Shown here in pieces: positions 28,156-40,550 of a stretch of 64,000 nt of DNA (position 1 is its first letter; each line of letters starts with the position of its first letter). The stretch is taken from NCBI RefSeq assembly GCF_003704095.1, contig NW_020845812.1, positions 372,001 to 436,000 of the forward strand. The letters run 5' to 3'. Source of the DNA: Pocillopora damicornis (taxonomy: Eukaryota). The notes beneath the pieces are model-generated. The model saw only the letters and a program-made list of their open reading frames with translations. It was not told the origin of the DNA and ran no database searches. The translations under genes and the position numbers were made by a program.

Positions 28156-28369
28156 TTAACTCTTCAACACCCAAGATCTCATTAGTAATTCTCCTTACTG
28201 TCTGCCATATACCTCTTGTGATGTAAGTTTGGAGAATTTGGTATTGGATCAACTAATAATCCCCCTTATTAAAATTTTTTCTTTATTCTCATAACTTGTC
28301 TGCTTGATATTGTACTGATATTGCGAGGAGAAATTCTATCTTGGTCACTCATGGGAGTTAAAGGGTTAA
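28156..28369. mobile_element. TTAA-bounded MITE (piggyBac-like termini), diverged copy
   Basis: TTAA at both ends, right terminus GGGAGTTAAAGGGTTAA; colinear with the copy at 59948-60158. Confidence 0.8.
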
Positions 28370-29240
28370 TTAATAGGACATCATGAGGGAAACGCAAGCA
28401 TTGTCACGTGATCTTCAGAGAGGAAGATCTTTAGAGTGGGCCGGATATTAAAAGTCTGATTCTTTAAATCATAATTCTGATGAGCTATTTTTAGATACCT
28501 TCATATACAATCAATTAAGTAAAACTCTTTATTGGATTTCAACCTAAAATAACATGGAAAATTGTCTGTTGGCGTCAAAGCATTGTGCGATAAAATTGTC
28601 GCTGCCTTTGACAGGCGTTCTGTCAAGAATAAGTAAATAGTAACGCTTCTGGAAATATATCTAAGCTTTTAACTAATTTCCCGAAAGGGTAGGAAATTGG
28701 GACATTTCCACTTTTGTTTATTTTAAATTCTCGATTTCCGCAACGGATTATTTTCAAGCCTCTTTTCCACTTACTGCGAGATATAAAGTTACACACGACA
28801 TGAAATGAGCCGTTTGCAAACTTAGCAGTTTCTTGTTATGACAGTGTTCTTCGAATAGAGGAATAAACGGCGATAGATCTCGAAAAGGAACTCCTTTCCT
28901 GATAGGATTCTTAGTACATTGGCGAGGTAGAACGCGCTACGTTAGCAGTTTGTTGAACGTTTCAACGAGTCTGAAGAACTGTTAAAGACAATAAATCTTT
29001 TGTTTCAGAAGATGGGCTAAGTTGTGCATGGAGCCTGATGAGGAACCTTCAAAAGAAAGACAGTTCAAAGACAATGACAATTGATTAGTTGAGGAGAAAA
29101 AGTGAGTATAGAGGAAAAACTGGATGTGTTCTACTCGTCGTTGGCCGGAAAAACGGTAAATGAAAGAAAGATTCACAATTGCTCGCATGTATTTGAAGAA
29201 AGGTTTCTCAATTGTTACACCCACGACTTGACATACAAAG

Positions 29241-30194
29241 ATGGCATTTTCAGACAATTGCGCAGAGGATGACATTCCGCGTTTCGTCTCATGGACAACT
29301 GTTGTCATTAGCAGCTTACTATGCGTCCTTACTGTACCAGTGAACATGCTAACATGCATTGCTATCATTAAGGATCCTTTCAAAGACTTGCGGACGCCAT
29401 TTAATTATTTTATAATTAACTTAGCTGTTGCTGATTTGGTTATCGGATTTGTAACCTTACCTAGCTTCATCATCTATCACTCCCGGGAGGCCATTGAGGG
29501 AAAAAAGTTGAGCTGGATCTGGGTATTTCACTTGACGTATTTCATGTCACTTACAGCCTCGCTTCTGAGCTTGTCGGCGTTGGCTGTGGACCGCTGCCGC
29601 ACAGTTACGTCAACCTCATGTAGAAGGCTCAAGCCAATGCATGGATATCTAACTTCTGCCCTAATATGGTGCCTGTCGTTGATTCTCCCGCTTATTTATC
29701 TTTTGATAGAAGCATATTTATTTATATTTGTATTTAGTAACACGTCAGCCATAGTAGTGTTCGCTATTTTACTTGCCTCGCACAAGTCTACTTCAAAAAC
29801 AATGCAGAGCCATGTAAAAAACTGGGATACAATAAAACACAGCGACTTCAAGCGGAGAGCCTTAGCGAGAGAGAGGAAGGTCACCAGATCTTTTATGACG
29901 ATTTTGACTGTTTTCTGTTCCACGGTGTTCCCATCATGCATTGCTGCAAACATCATCAGTTTCTGCACCACGTGCTCCTGTGACATCACGAACACATTGC
30001 GTGACGTTTATTTCCTCCTGCCCATGATTATTGCAGCCACGAATCAGTTACTTTACTCAATGAGGATGCGGAATTTCCGCAGAGCGTACGTGTACTTGTT
30101 TCAGCATACCGTATTCAGCCAAAAAATCCGGTCACGAAAGGAATGTTACAGGATGGACAAAATTGCAAGAGGAAATAAGGAGACTGATCAATGA
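29241..30194 (+). CDS. Class A (rhodopsin-like) orphan GPCR, paralogue 1, 317 aa
   Basis: Seven hydrophobic segments; TM1 PVN, TM2 LAVAD, TM3 DRC, TM4 W, ECL3 CTTCSC, TM7 NQLLY, helix 8 NFRRA. Confidence 0.92.
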   Translation: MAFSDNCAEDDIPRFVSWTTVVISSLLCVLTVPVNMLTCIAIIKDPFKDLRTPFNYFIINLAVADLVIGFVTLPSFIIYHSREAIEGKKLSWIWVFHLTYFMSLTASLLSLSALAVDRCRTVTSTSCRRLKPMHGYLTSALIWCLSLILPLIYLLIEAYLFIFVFSNTSAIVVFAILLASHKSTSKTMQSHVKNWDTIKHSDFKRRALARERKVTRSFMTILTVFCSTVFPSCIAANIISFCTTCSCDITNTLRDVYFLLPMIIAATNQLLYSMRMRNFRRAYVYLFQHTVFSQKIRSRKECYRMDKIARGNKETDQ

Positions 30195-30415
30195 GATAAT
30201 GTTGATGAAGCCAGTAGCATAACAGGGATGTTAAAATTTCAAATTAAGAATATGGTACAGTTACGCACCTATAAAAACTAGAGTTTATAGAATAAAAGAA
30301 CGATATGTCAATGTAATAAAGACGAAAAATAAGGGAGACTAATGATCGCACGTAGAATGATTTTGAAATATTCTCTGAACTTTGGGCCGGATAATAGTTT
30401 GAGTATAGAAGCTCT

Positions 30416-30538
30416 GGATCAATATCAGTATCTGGGCAACTGCCCACCTACCCCTCCCCTAACCCAACATTAACCCTAACTTGTTATCGGGTTAGGGGAG
30501 GGGTAGATGGGCAGTTGCCCAGATACTGATATTGATCC
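30416..30538. mobile_element. Hairpin MITE (GGATCAATATCAGTATCTGGGCAACTGCCCA TIR), about 220 bp downstream of the GPCR1 stop
   Basis: Near-perfect inverted repeat over about 50 bp; second copy at 47996-48132. Confidence 0.9.
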
Positions 30539-31691
30539 AAAACTCCTTTGGCACCTAGGAAATACACTTTGGCGGTGTTAAGAATTGCAAATTAGAGCTT
30601 CTTAGGGGTCTTCTTGGTGTAAGGCGAGTAGCTATTCTAAAGTGCATATCATTAAACAAGACATGTCCCCAGTATCGCCACCATAGCAAATCCTGATTGA
30701 AAAATTGTGTTTACTGGCTTTTAAAAAGGAAATCGTTTTTCGGTTTCTTTGGATTGTAAAAGGCTTGATATTCGTAACTAGTTCGAACTTCAGCTATTCA
30801 AATGAGATAAAGTCCATATTTAAACTTCAAACAATTTGATCGCAGGTCAGACACAGAACAAAAAAAAATTTATTATCGTCTCAGCTCGATCGACATTTTC
30901 ACTCTCCAGTAATCAAATTCATTAGTGCCTAATGAAATACAATCAACGCTGCCAGAAATATTTGTTATGGCAACAGTCAAATCGTTCACAATACACTGAG
31001 AATCTATTTTTGCAAATAACTCTTTGGTTCAAAGTTAGAATTCGTATATTGTTGACAATTTAATGAAACACATTTAAATTCACCCGTAGCCGTCCAATTT
31101 CCCTTTGGTTCCGAAATGTAAATATGATTCTAAGGTCACATGCCACCTAGAAGTGACAGAAATTATTTTTTCAAATCTAGCAAGTAAATTTTTTAGTTTG
31201 ATTTTGTAAAATATCTTTTAATTCAATTCTAAACCTTCAAATTTCGCCCTCCCTCTTAGAAAAAAAGGAATTAAAAATTAGCTATTCTGAAGCCATGGGG
31301 TTATTCCTTCAAAATTCAATAATAATTCTAGTTTTTATTACTTCTATCGGCGGGAGGAATATTGTTTGTTTTTAAGCCTTTGTCAAATGTTTGCTTTATT
31401 GTGACATTTTCCTCGACATGAAAATTCATGTAAATTCAGTTCAAAGGCTTATTCAGTGAATATGCACAACCAGACTTTGTTAACCCAAGGTGCCTAAAAA
31501 TTTGCAGAAAATTCTCGGCTCTGGAAGCTTCCATTCTTCTCGTCACCGACACCTGACGTAGAAATGTCATGAACGTCTGCGCACTGTTTGTGAGAACAAC
31601 TTAGTTTGTATCATATTGGTATAATCATTGCCATTTTGGTCGGCAGATATTGATAGTCTGTCTAAGACAGATACAAATCCAAAGAAGCATC

Positions 31692-32645
31692 ATGTTGTTT
31701 GGAAGCAATCTTTGCGAAGATAAGAGGGCGCCATTTGAGTTGTCTGTGACAACTGCAACTATATCAACCATCCTGTGTGTTATAACTGTACCAGGAAATG
31801 TTCTGATTTGCCTGGCGATTGTCAAAGATCCGAACAAAGAACTCCGATCCGCATTCAACTACCTGGTTCTCAATCTTGCTTTGGCCGATCTGATCACTGG
31901 TATATGTACAGAACCAGTATTTGTCGTGTTTCATGTCAGAGAAGCTTTAAAATACGACGTAATGAGCCGCGTAGAGGTCGTTCATGTAGCCTACTTCATC
32001 AGTTGCACTGCCTCTATGCTTAGCATAGCAGCTCTGGCCACTGAGCGTTACCTCACAGTTACTTCCACCTATAGGCGAAGTTGTTCTCGATCAAGAACAG
32101 TAGCAATCTCCATCGGCATCTGGATTTTCTCTGTTTCTGTTTCATTCATCTATTTCGCAACAGGTTTTTACACTTTTGTCTTTGTGTTTGCTAACACAAC
32201 TGTAGTGGCCACTTTGCTGATTATCATTTTTGCATACATTAGAATCTACCAAAGTCTTCACGTCCATGTTGATAATGTCGAAGCCACCCGCAGTGATCGA
32301 ATGATGGAACAGAGAGTCAAATATGAGAAGAAAGCCACAAGATCATTCCTGTTAGTCCTCTTCGTGTTCGTTTGCTGTAATGTATCTTCTTGTGTCATCA
32401 TCTACATCATTCTACTTTGCGACGTGTGCAGTTGTGACGTCATTCATTGGTTACGCGACTTTCAGTTTCTAATGGCCCTTGTTAACTGTTCAGCTAACCA
32501 GTTCTTGTATGCATGGCGCATGCCCACTTTCAAAAGAGCTTTTAAAGTGCTTTTGAGATTCAAGGAAAGGCGTGTTGAGTGTAATGAGCTGTCCTTGAGG
32601 ACTGACACGACACAATCGCGAACCGAGAACACTGGTAGTCAGTAG
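31692..32645 (+). CDS. Class A orphan GPCR, paralogue 2, 317 aa from ATG 31692
   Basis: MLFGSNLCEDK aligns with the paralogue N-termini; PGN, LALAD, ERY, CDVCSC, NQFLYAWR. The ORF-track start at 31650 is a TTG. Confidence 0.93.
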   Translation: MLFGSNLCEDKRAPFELSVTTATISTILCVITVPGNVLICLAIVKDPNKELRSAFNYLVLNLALADLITGICTEPVFVVFHVREALKYDVMSRVEVVHVAYFISCTASMLSIAALATERYLTVTSTYRRSCSRSRTVAISIGIWIFSVSVSFIYFATGFYTFVFVFANTTVVATLLIIIFAYIRIYQSLHVHVDNVEATRSDRMMEQRVKYEKKATRSFLLVLFVFVCCNVSSCVIIYIILLCDVCSCDVIHWLRDFQFLMALVNCSANQFLYAWRMPTFKRAFKVLLRFKERRVECNELSLRTDTTQSRTENTGSQ

Positions 32646-32650
32646 TGCTA

Positions 32651-32766
32651 CAGGGTAATATCAAATGAGTTGATAACGTAAGTCAGCCTCTGTAAAGAGT
32701 TTAAAAGCTGACGTTTCGTGCGTTAGCCCTTCGTCAGAACGAACGACGAAGGGCTAACGCTCGAAA
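32651..32766 (-). mobile_element. Penelope-like repeat end immediately after the GPCR2 stop codon
   Basis: Homologous to 81-234; a minus-strand hammerhead is followed by an inverted partial copy GACGAAGGGCTAACGCTCGAAA. Confidence 0.75.
32707..32740 (-). ncRNA. Minimal type I hammerhead ribozyme motif
   Basis: Minus strand GTT-CTGACGA-A-GGGC TAAC GCAC-GAAA-CGTC-AGC: intact CUGANGA and GAAA boxes, stem II with one mismatch, palindromic ACGT stem III, GUC cleavage triplet, 3-bp stem I. Confidence 0.65.
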
Positions 32767-34755
32767 GGAGTCAGTAACAGCGACTGGTAAACATCTTGAT
32801 GTTTTGCTTCAACGGATAAAGTCTGCAATGTCAGCCGTCTTTGAGTGGTTATGCTCTAATAGATCGTGCGTTGATGTGAGCAAGATAAAATGCACCAGTA
32901 ATAGAACAACCCCTACATTTTCTAAGCAAAGCAATTGGGGATTAGAATGAAAAAAGCCTCGTTTGAAGCTGCGATGGCAGTGCATATCGTGCATTATATC
33001 CACACAGCTTTGTCACCCGACGTTCGCCGTAAACGGGCTGGGAAAGGGTGGAGAAGGGTGCGTTTACTCAAAGACTTTCAAAAGTTAAAGATATCTCATG
33101 TAATGCCTGTGATGAATTCAGTATCATTTACTATTTTGCGCGACATTTAATCTACCGGGAATTGTTGTATCAAATTGTAGATTCCAGCATACGATCTAAA
33201 GAATTCTTCATGAATAAATACACAGGTTTATCGTGTGAGGAGAGAAATAACACGAAAGAGAATTCTTTGATATTATTTTCAAGATCTCAAGGCTTGCATT
33301 TATCATAAGTACGTTACTCTAGCTTTTGCGGGAAGCTTTGGTGGGAAACCCTGAAGCTTCTAAGTTACAGCCAATACTTGTTGGGGACTAGAAGTTTTTA
33401 TATAAGTCCAGACAACACTCGATTATTTTAGAACAGATGTGAAAAGCTAGCAAAAGATATCTCAAGATAAGACAATGTCATAAAAATTAACTATCTACCG
33501 AAAAAAAGGTAGCATTTTAATGAGATGAAATGAGATACTTTAACTGAAGAAACAAAAAGGTTATGAAAAAGGGAAAAACCAACAACGACCGGATTGCTGT
33601 TACATATCACGATATCAATACAAACCAATAACGACTTTTGAACTTTCCATTTCGTCGATATCTCCTTTAACAAGTCTTAATATTTCATGTTTGGGCAAGA
33701 AACACCTTTCTTTTGATCGATCGATAAGACACCTCCAATAACGGCCCACTTATGTAAAAAAGCACAAGTCAGTTATTTTCGAATTGACGCCTGCGGTCAC
33801 TAAAGTAGCCGAGTAATCAATTCAAAATTTATTTCAAAAACCTCATGAGGGGGTTGAGATATAAAAGGAATCACCGCATCTGGCATCATAATACTCATAG
33901 TTTGCGCGATCAAATGAAAAATTATGATAGAAGAGATAACTTTGGTTTAAGTCAGTTCACCACTAAAAACCCAAACATAAAACAACGAAAACAAACAAAA
34001 AAAATTATGCATCTTTGGTAACTTCAACATTATAAATCTAAATGACAGGCAGAGAAAGCACTTGAATGTGACCTGTATAAGCCCCCTGCCGTCGTCGTAA
34101 CGACAAAAGAAGCTTAAGTTTCGACAGAATGCAAATTGTTATTCAATCAATTGCTTTCGTGCAACTCGCGTAATCTCATATGAAGAGACACCAAATAACT
34201 GATAAACAAGCACGTAGGTTCGAATACTCACAATTTATAAACCCGTTCTTCAACACTATTTGTTTCGCAGTAGCAAAACCTTAGTGACAGAGTCGGTTTC
34301 ATAATATAAAGCTTATTGAGACCAACAGAGCCCCACTAACTAAGGGCGTTTAAGAGAGCGTCTATTATCGGTAATTTTAGGCTATTATTGTCCATATTCC
34401 GTTCTAATTACCTACCTGGCAGGATAGGTAATAATATTCACCATTTGAACAACTAATCGGTTACAAAAGTCCTGAGATGTTTACAGCTGTTCGTACACTT
34501 AACAATAGATCCTCCATGAAGCAATTTTATATTACGTGAAATAAAGCGTATGGGAAAGTCACGTTATTTACGAAATCCTTCCTTGCTTTTAAAAGTTAAT
34601 ACTTGTTCCGCTGAAACCATGGCGTGATAGTATATATCATTTTCCTATGAGAGGCAACAAATGTCGTCTAGAAAGCAATTAAAGGCCAATGCAGTGGAAA
34701 GTAATTCATTTTCATTTCGTATCCCGTCCTCAAAACATTAAAAAGTACGGCAAAG

Positions 34756-35762
34756 ATGCTCTCCTCTTTTCCAGCGGCATTGAATTCAACTTCGGCTATT
34801 TCGAATCCTTCTTCAACACAAGCCCCCGCTGCCGATTACTTCCACTTCAACGATCAGGAAAGAAGTTGCCAGTTCTCCAGCTCGTTTTCCATCCGCGCCA
34901 TTTTGTCTTCTTCGCCCACCTCTCCATCAATGCAGTCACTTCCTTCTTCCATTTCTTATCGCCAGTTGCTGCTCGCGGGGGATTCTGGCCCCTTTGATTA
35001 TTCGGCTCAATTTCCTCACTATCATTGCTGTCATAACGGAGCATGCGCTGTCAATTGGCAATCAGACATGGGTAGGTGTGACCAGATTCTTCAGTTTCTA
35101 TCTACACTCTTTTTATACCTATTTACACCTTTTGCTATTCTTCCTCTTGCCTACTTAGTTATTGAAGGAAATTAAGGGTGGTGTGTTTTTGGGGTAGAAA
35201 AGTTTGTTGTTTTTTCAATTTCTATTTTACCCAAACTTCTTGGAAATTTTCCATATTTACTTTAACCGAATTCTTCAGTCGTATCATTATGTCTCACGGG
35301 TAACTGAAGAAAAAAAGCAAACTTAGTTTTATTTGCCTAGACATTTACTCTCGACAACGGAAGCACTGCGATAAAGGTCTAAATAACTTCATTGCAGAAA
35401 AAGTAGCCTAAGTTTCAATGGGCAGAAAACGAAAATAATCAAGCGAAGCCGCAGTTATTGTGATTGAAACTTGACCAAACAGTTGCTGTCTTGTAGAATC
35501 AACCATCAAACGAGGTGATGACAAGAAAGATAAGCGAAAACCCAACAAGAGATCCCGAACGATTTTCACGCCTGCGCAGCTGGAGCGATTGGAGAACACT
35601 TTCTCTAGGCAGCAGTACGTGGCAGGAGAAGAACGCCGTAATCTTGCTACTGCGCTTCAGCTGACAGAGACTCACGTCAAAGTTTGGTTCCAAAACAGGA
35701 GGATCAGGTTTAGAAGACAGGCCAACCAACAGTCAGACGTAGCAGAAACTACAAAGGACTAA
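34756..35762 (+). CDS. ANTP-class NK-like homeobox gene, Not/Noto-like; exons 34756-35071 and 35497-35762; 193 aa
   Basis: Exon 1 carries an eh1 motif (FSIRAIL); phase-1 intron G|GTAGGT...TTGTAG|AA; exon 2 encodes [76 protein letters not shown] and NRRI are Not-family features. Confidence 0.9.
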
Positions 35763-36249
35763 CGACTAAAACACTTTACTGATCGCACCTCTACTAGTGG
35801 AAGTAGTTCACCAGTCAAACTTTTAGTATATGTTTTTCATTTACAGTTTAAATGTTTCATTGTCTCTTTTGCGAGTAGTAAACTCAATCCAAAAATGGCT
35901 CAGTTAAACTAGAACTCTTAGCACAGAAATACTCTCTTAGGGATTCAGAGAACGTATCTGGTTTGTATCATATGACTAAAAAATGGCGCGAGCTCCAAAA
36001 ATCCGGTAGCCTGACGAGCCATCACGACTAAATCAGAATTTGGGACGATTTTCTTGAAAGGGGGGAGTGGGGGGAGGGGCGTGGGAGTGAAGGTGAGCCC
36101 TTTTTTGATCTCCCATAAGCATTAAGCAATTTTATGAAAGTTACATAAGTTGTATATAGAATAATGGTTACGAGTCAACGAAACCGGCTGGTTAGCACAA
36201 AAGTAGCTTTCAGCAACGCTCACTTTTTCATTTGTTCGTGCGACTGCGA

Positions 36250-37185
36250 TCAGGTGGCATTGGAAGGTAGTTGTGACACGGTCGATCTTCTCTCTTGTTC
36301 TTCCCAACAAACGAAGAGGGGATGAATTCTTCTAAAAGCTCGGCGGAAACCTTTCATCCTCCACGCATACAAAAACTGGTTACACGAGGAGTTGATAAGA
36401 ACTGACAAGTACTGTAGGTCTCTAAACCAGTGTATAACGTCACAGCTGCACGTGCTGCATAAATTAATGACGTATATCATGACACAAGACGGAAAGCTGC
36501 ATACAAAAAAACCAACCAAAATAAAAAGGAAACTTCTTGTTGCTTTCTTTTCTCTGTGGAACCCTTGACGGCGCGCCTCCATTCCAAGAACCGATCGCAT
36601 TTTTTTCTCGTGAGCGTTTAGACTCTTTACAATACGTGCAAAATAAAAAACTAAAAGAATCAGAGTTAGAATTATTGTGGTATTGGCAAAAACGAACGCC
36701 AGCGTATAAAACCCAGTCTCGAAATAAAGAAAAGGTAAACCGCATGAGAAAATCCATATTGCGATGGAAACTGTAATAGCGCTCGAAGAGGACAGTTTCC
36801 TAATGGTAGTAGAAGTCAAGGCGAGGTAACGATCTGTTGCTAACGCAGCTATGCTTAACACTGAGGCGGTAGAAGTCATAAAATATGACATATAAACCAA
36901 CCAACGAAGGCCAAGAACTTCGTATTTCATTGCTTCAGAGGTGTGATACCAAACAAATACAGGCTCTGTCACAACTCCAATAAAAGAATCCGCAATGGCC
37001 AGGTTCAGAATCAGATAATTGAACGAAGATTTCAGCTCGTTGTTCGGATCCTTGATGATCGCCCAACAGATAAGCAAGTTACCTGGAGCCGTGATTACAC
37101 ATAATATGGCCGACACGCAAGCTGTAGTGACTGACGTTGCAAACGGGGCCCATTCATCATCGCAGAGATTAGTACCAAAGTTCAT
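36250..37185 (-). CDS. Class A orphan GPCR, paralogue 3, 311 aa
   Basis: NLCDDE, PGN, LAIAD, DRY, CSTCSC, NQFLYAWR. Confidence 0.93.
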   Translation of the reverse strand: MNFGTNLCDDEWAPFATSVTTACVSAILCVITAPGNLLICWAIIKDPNNELKSSFNYLILNLAIADSFIGVVTEPVFVWYHTSEAMKYEVLGLRWLVYMSYFMTSTASVLSIAALATDRYLALTSTTIRKLSSSSAITVSIAIWIFSCGLPFLYFETGFYTLAFVFANTTIILTLILLVFYFARIVKSLNAHEKKMRSVLGMEARRQGFHREKKATRSFLFILVGFFVCSFPSCVMIYVINLCSTCSCDVIHWFRDLQYLSVLINSSCNQFLYAWRMKGFRRAFRRIHPLFVCWEEQERRSTVSQLPSNAT

Positions 37186-39491
37186 CGCAAAATAACAAGA
37201 AATGTATCATCAAAATCCATACGAGAGCGTCTTCTCTCACCTGTGAGTATGGAACTTGACACTCGTTGGAAATGTAAGAATGAGTTTCTTTATTAAATCT
37301 TCTTACCCATTCAATCTGTTACTGCAAATGAAGTTCCTTTTATTGGTTGGTTCACGACAGTGGCAATTGTGATTTCTCAAAAAAAAGAAAAGAAATTAAA
37401 AGGTGAAACTAGATGAAACGATATTTATTGAAAGCATTGACATCTCTCTGTTGGAAAGTAATTTAGAAACCCTCTGTCATTGTTGACATTTACCAACTTA
37501 ATTTTGTGATGAAATAAACCCATACCTTAAAACCAAATTTTCTTATGGTATTTGAGCTTCACTTGAGTAGTTTTTTCCTTTCCTGTCATCCTTCCATGTT
37601 CGATTTATACGTGACTGAATTGTGACAAAATTCCACTTGGCGCTGTAGGATACCTCGGGGCAGATGTTTTAAGTCGCCTCGGCAATATTTCTTTTATGTA
37701 TTCTGTTAATAAGTAAACTGACATTTTCCGGTTGAATTGGAATTAATTCCAACAATTTCCGACTGCATTTAAATCAGCCTGAACTGAAATTGGCGAATGA
37801 TAATGTTTTGGATCGATCGCCATAAAGTTTTAGTACATCAAAAAGTGTGGTGTTGCCCGTTGTGAAATAAGTGGGCTGTTATAAGCCTGAAAAATTTTAT
37901 AAGTACGTGATGAATTGTGATATCGGGAAATCGATGTAACAAATCGGCTTCATTGCGTTTAAGGTAAATATTGCCGAGCTATTTGTGGGTAACCCGAGAA
38001 ATTACGGCGATTCACTCATGTAGTTTCACTCATTAATATTTGACAGTTAATACGAATAAACATCTTAAAAGCACACGTTTCGAGCTACGAAAATTGCCTG
38101 TTATATATTTTTATTATTCATTCCTTGTGCCAATTGAATGAACCTCGTTTACACTATAAAAGAGGGTGTTAGTTTCATTTTGCCTTGCAAATGAAATTCC
38201 GCTATAAGTGAGAAAAAGATTAAATGGAAAGGCTAAGCCAAATACAAGATAGACTCCTAGAAATAGATTTTAAGCTTTCATCAAAATTTATCTCATGCAG
38301 GGAGATTATAGTTTTGTTTTGTAACTGTGATTCGTTAAATCTTATTTCCACAAATGCGAACTCGATAACCAAGCGATTGAAAATTATTCGAAAATTCTCC
38401 TCAATTTTCGCAAACAATCTCGGTTTCTTTTTCAAATTTTTGACTTTTCCCTATCTTGCTGAAACGAATAATTTGTTGGATGCACTAGATTCATACTCAT
38501 CCGATTTCGCCAGGTAGCACTCCTTTAATATTATTTCAAAGGGGGAATCACAAACGAAAAATAGGGTAAAGTATAAACTAAATATTATAGTTGCAGCGCA
38601 CAAATCAGCACGAAATATTCCCTGAAGCCCGAAGGTTTGTCAGCAATCATGGAAAATGATTCATACACAAGCAGAAAACCCGTAGAAAAGCCTTACGAAA
38701 CTATTCTAAAGAATTTTAAAATAAAACGAGATTCAACAATCAACATTATCTTGATCAGTTGTAAGGAGCCTAAGCTGACAAGTGTTTCCTCGCCCCAATC
38801 TCTTGAGCGACAAAAATGTCAGCTGAAATGAGATTTTATCACATAACATTTTACTACAAGCTCATGAACCCAAACGTTAATTTCATTGTGATGCAAAACT
38901 CATGAAACAGCCATGTTTACAGAGACACAAAGGTGCAGATGGAACTATGGAATTGTGTGCAATGTTTATTTTCGTCACCAGACATCTTGTTATGAAGGTC
39001 AATATTTGATCACTATGATGGGTCGAATTGTTGAACTAGCAACGATGAGACAGTTACTACGCGATAGCTTCATTTGGCGTAAAAGCATGCTCAGGTATCA
39101 GCCCGCAGACATTGCCTTCTCTGAGAGGCGGACCGTTTTTTCAAGGAAAAGCTTCAAGGAAAGACAATGTCCAGGGACAAAAATACGAGCATATTTTGAA
39201 GCCAAATAGAAGTTGCGGGTTCTTATTATCCTTCGATTTTTTTTTCCCAGCGCGCGGTACGAAACTATTACGAACAGTTCACCGTCACTTCTTAGAGCGA
39301 CTCCATGAAAAGAAAAAAAGAATTGTCTCTTTTTCTGCGTTTAAACCAGTCGCGCGCCAGAGAAAATATTCTGGATAGGCCTAAAAGGTTGCTATACCAA
39401 CGAAGGAAGATGTACTCTATTTCTTCAGCACTCCATCATAAACTTGCAATCAGTTACCTTCTAAGATAGCCTTGCCTACTTCGCTTTGTCT

Positions 39492-40550
39492 TTAATTTCT
39501 TTTTTCTGAAGACTGAAAGGAGAATTGGTTTGTCTGACCCATTTCTTCTATAGGCATCGAGGAAAGTTTCGTGGGGTCCAGAGGAATCAGTTCTATTACA
39601 TCAGCTGAATTAGAATCAGCGGCAATTATGCCATTGTTGTTACCGGCAAGCTCAGCGTTCACCTGGTATGAAACTGTTTTGCAAAACACGGCAGAGATGG
39701 CTTTGCGGAAGTTCCGTGCTCTCCAGGCGTATAAGAACTGATTTAACGAACAGTTCAGCAGCAGGAATATGAATTGCAAGTCTCTCATCCAATGAACGAG
39801 CGTGCAGTCACATTCATCACAGAAGATGATGATGTAAATCATTACAAATGATGGCAGTAGACACATGAGGAATATACCGAGAATGATGTAAAAGGCTCTC
39901 GTTAGTTTTTTCTCTAACGACATCGCAGTCAGTTTGATCTGTGTTTGTTTGAACCAATGCCAGCGAGAGATCTGATCCTTCAGTCTCTGATGAATACGGA
40001 TATATGAAAATGTTAATATGCTGATTATTATGATGAGAGAAGCGTTTGTAAACATGAACGCAAACAGGTAGAATCCGGTGACGAAATACAAACATGGCAG
40101 CGAAAAAGATATCACCCATATCAGCACAGATATCAGGGTGATTTGAGTGGTGGATAACAGCCTTCTGTGGTGTGACATCACTGTGAGATATCTGTCCAGA
40201 GTTAGCGCTGCCAGGCTTAACAGCGACGCAGCGTATGATATAAAAAACGTCAGGTGAATAACCCAAATATTCTCCATGACCGGATACTTCATGGCCTCTC
40301 TGATGTGGAAGCAAATAAACATTGGTTCGGTCAAAACTCCCACTACAAGGTCACTAATGGCCAATTGAAATACAAAAAAGTTAAACGACGTCCTCAGTTC
40401 TTTGTAAGGATCCTTGAAGATTGCTAAGCAAACCAACACATTTCCCGGCACCGTGATTAAACATAGCACCAGTGATACAGAGGCCGTGAACATCGACAAG
40501 GAGTATGGTGGCCGAGTATCCTCGCATAAATTCTTGATAAAAGGCATCAT
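39492..40550 (-). CDS. Class A orphan GPCR, paralogue 4, 352 aa
   Basis: NLCEDT, PGN, LAISD, DRY, CDECDC, NQFLYAWR; a splice acceptor (CTTTTGTTACAG) lies about 11 nt upstream of the ATG. Confidence 0.93.
   Translation of the reverse strand: MMPFIKNLCEDTRPPYSLSMFTASVSLVLCLITVPGNVLVCLAIFKDPYKELRTSFNFFVFQLAISDLVVGVLTEPMFICFHIREAMKYPVMENIWVIHLTFFISYAASLLSLAALTLDRYLTVMSHHRRLLSTTQITLISVLIWVISFSLPCLYFVTGFYLFAFMFTNASLIIIISILTFSYIRIHQRLKDQISRWHWFKQTQIKLTAMSLEKKLTRAFYIILGIFLMCLLPSFVMIYIIIFCDECDCTLVHWMRDLQFIFLLLNCSLNQFLYAWRARNFRKAISAVFCKTVSYQVNAELAGNNNGIIAADSNSADVIELIPLDPTKLSSMPIEEMGQTNQFSFQSSEKRN

Noticed and set aside
30460-30500. TAACCC/TTAGGG motifs as an interstitial telomere
   Set aside because: Only isolated units within the MITE arms, not a tandem array.
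34756-35175. 139-aa single-exon ORF with a hydrophobic tail
   Set aside because: The tail is intron read-through; the donor at 35071 splices in frame to the homeobox exon.
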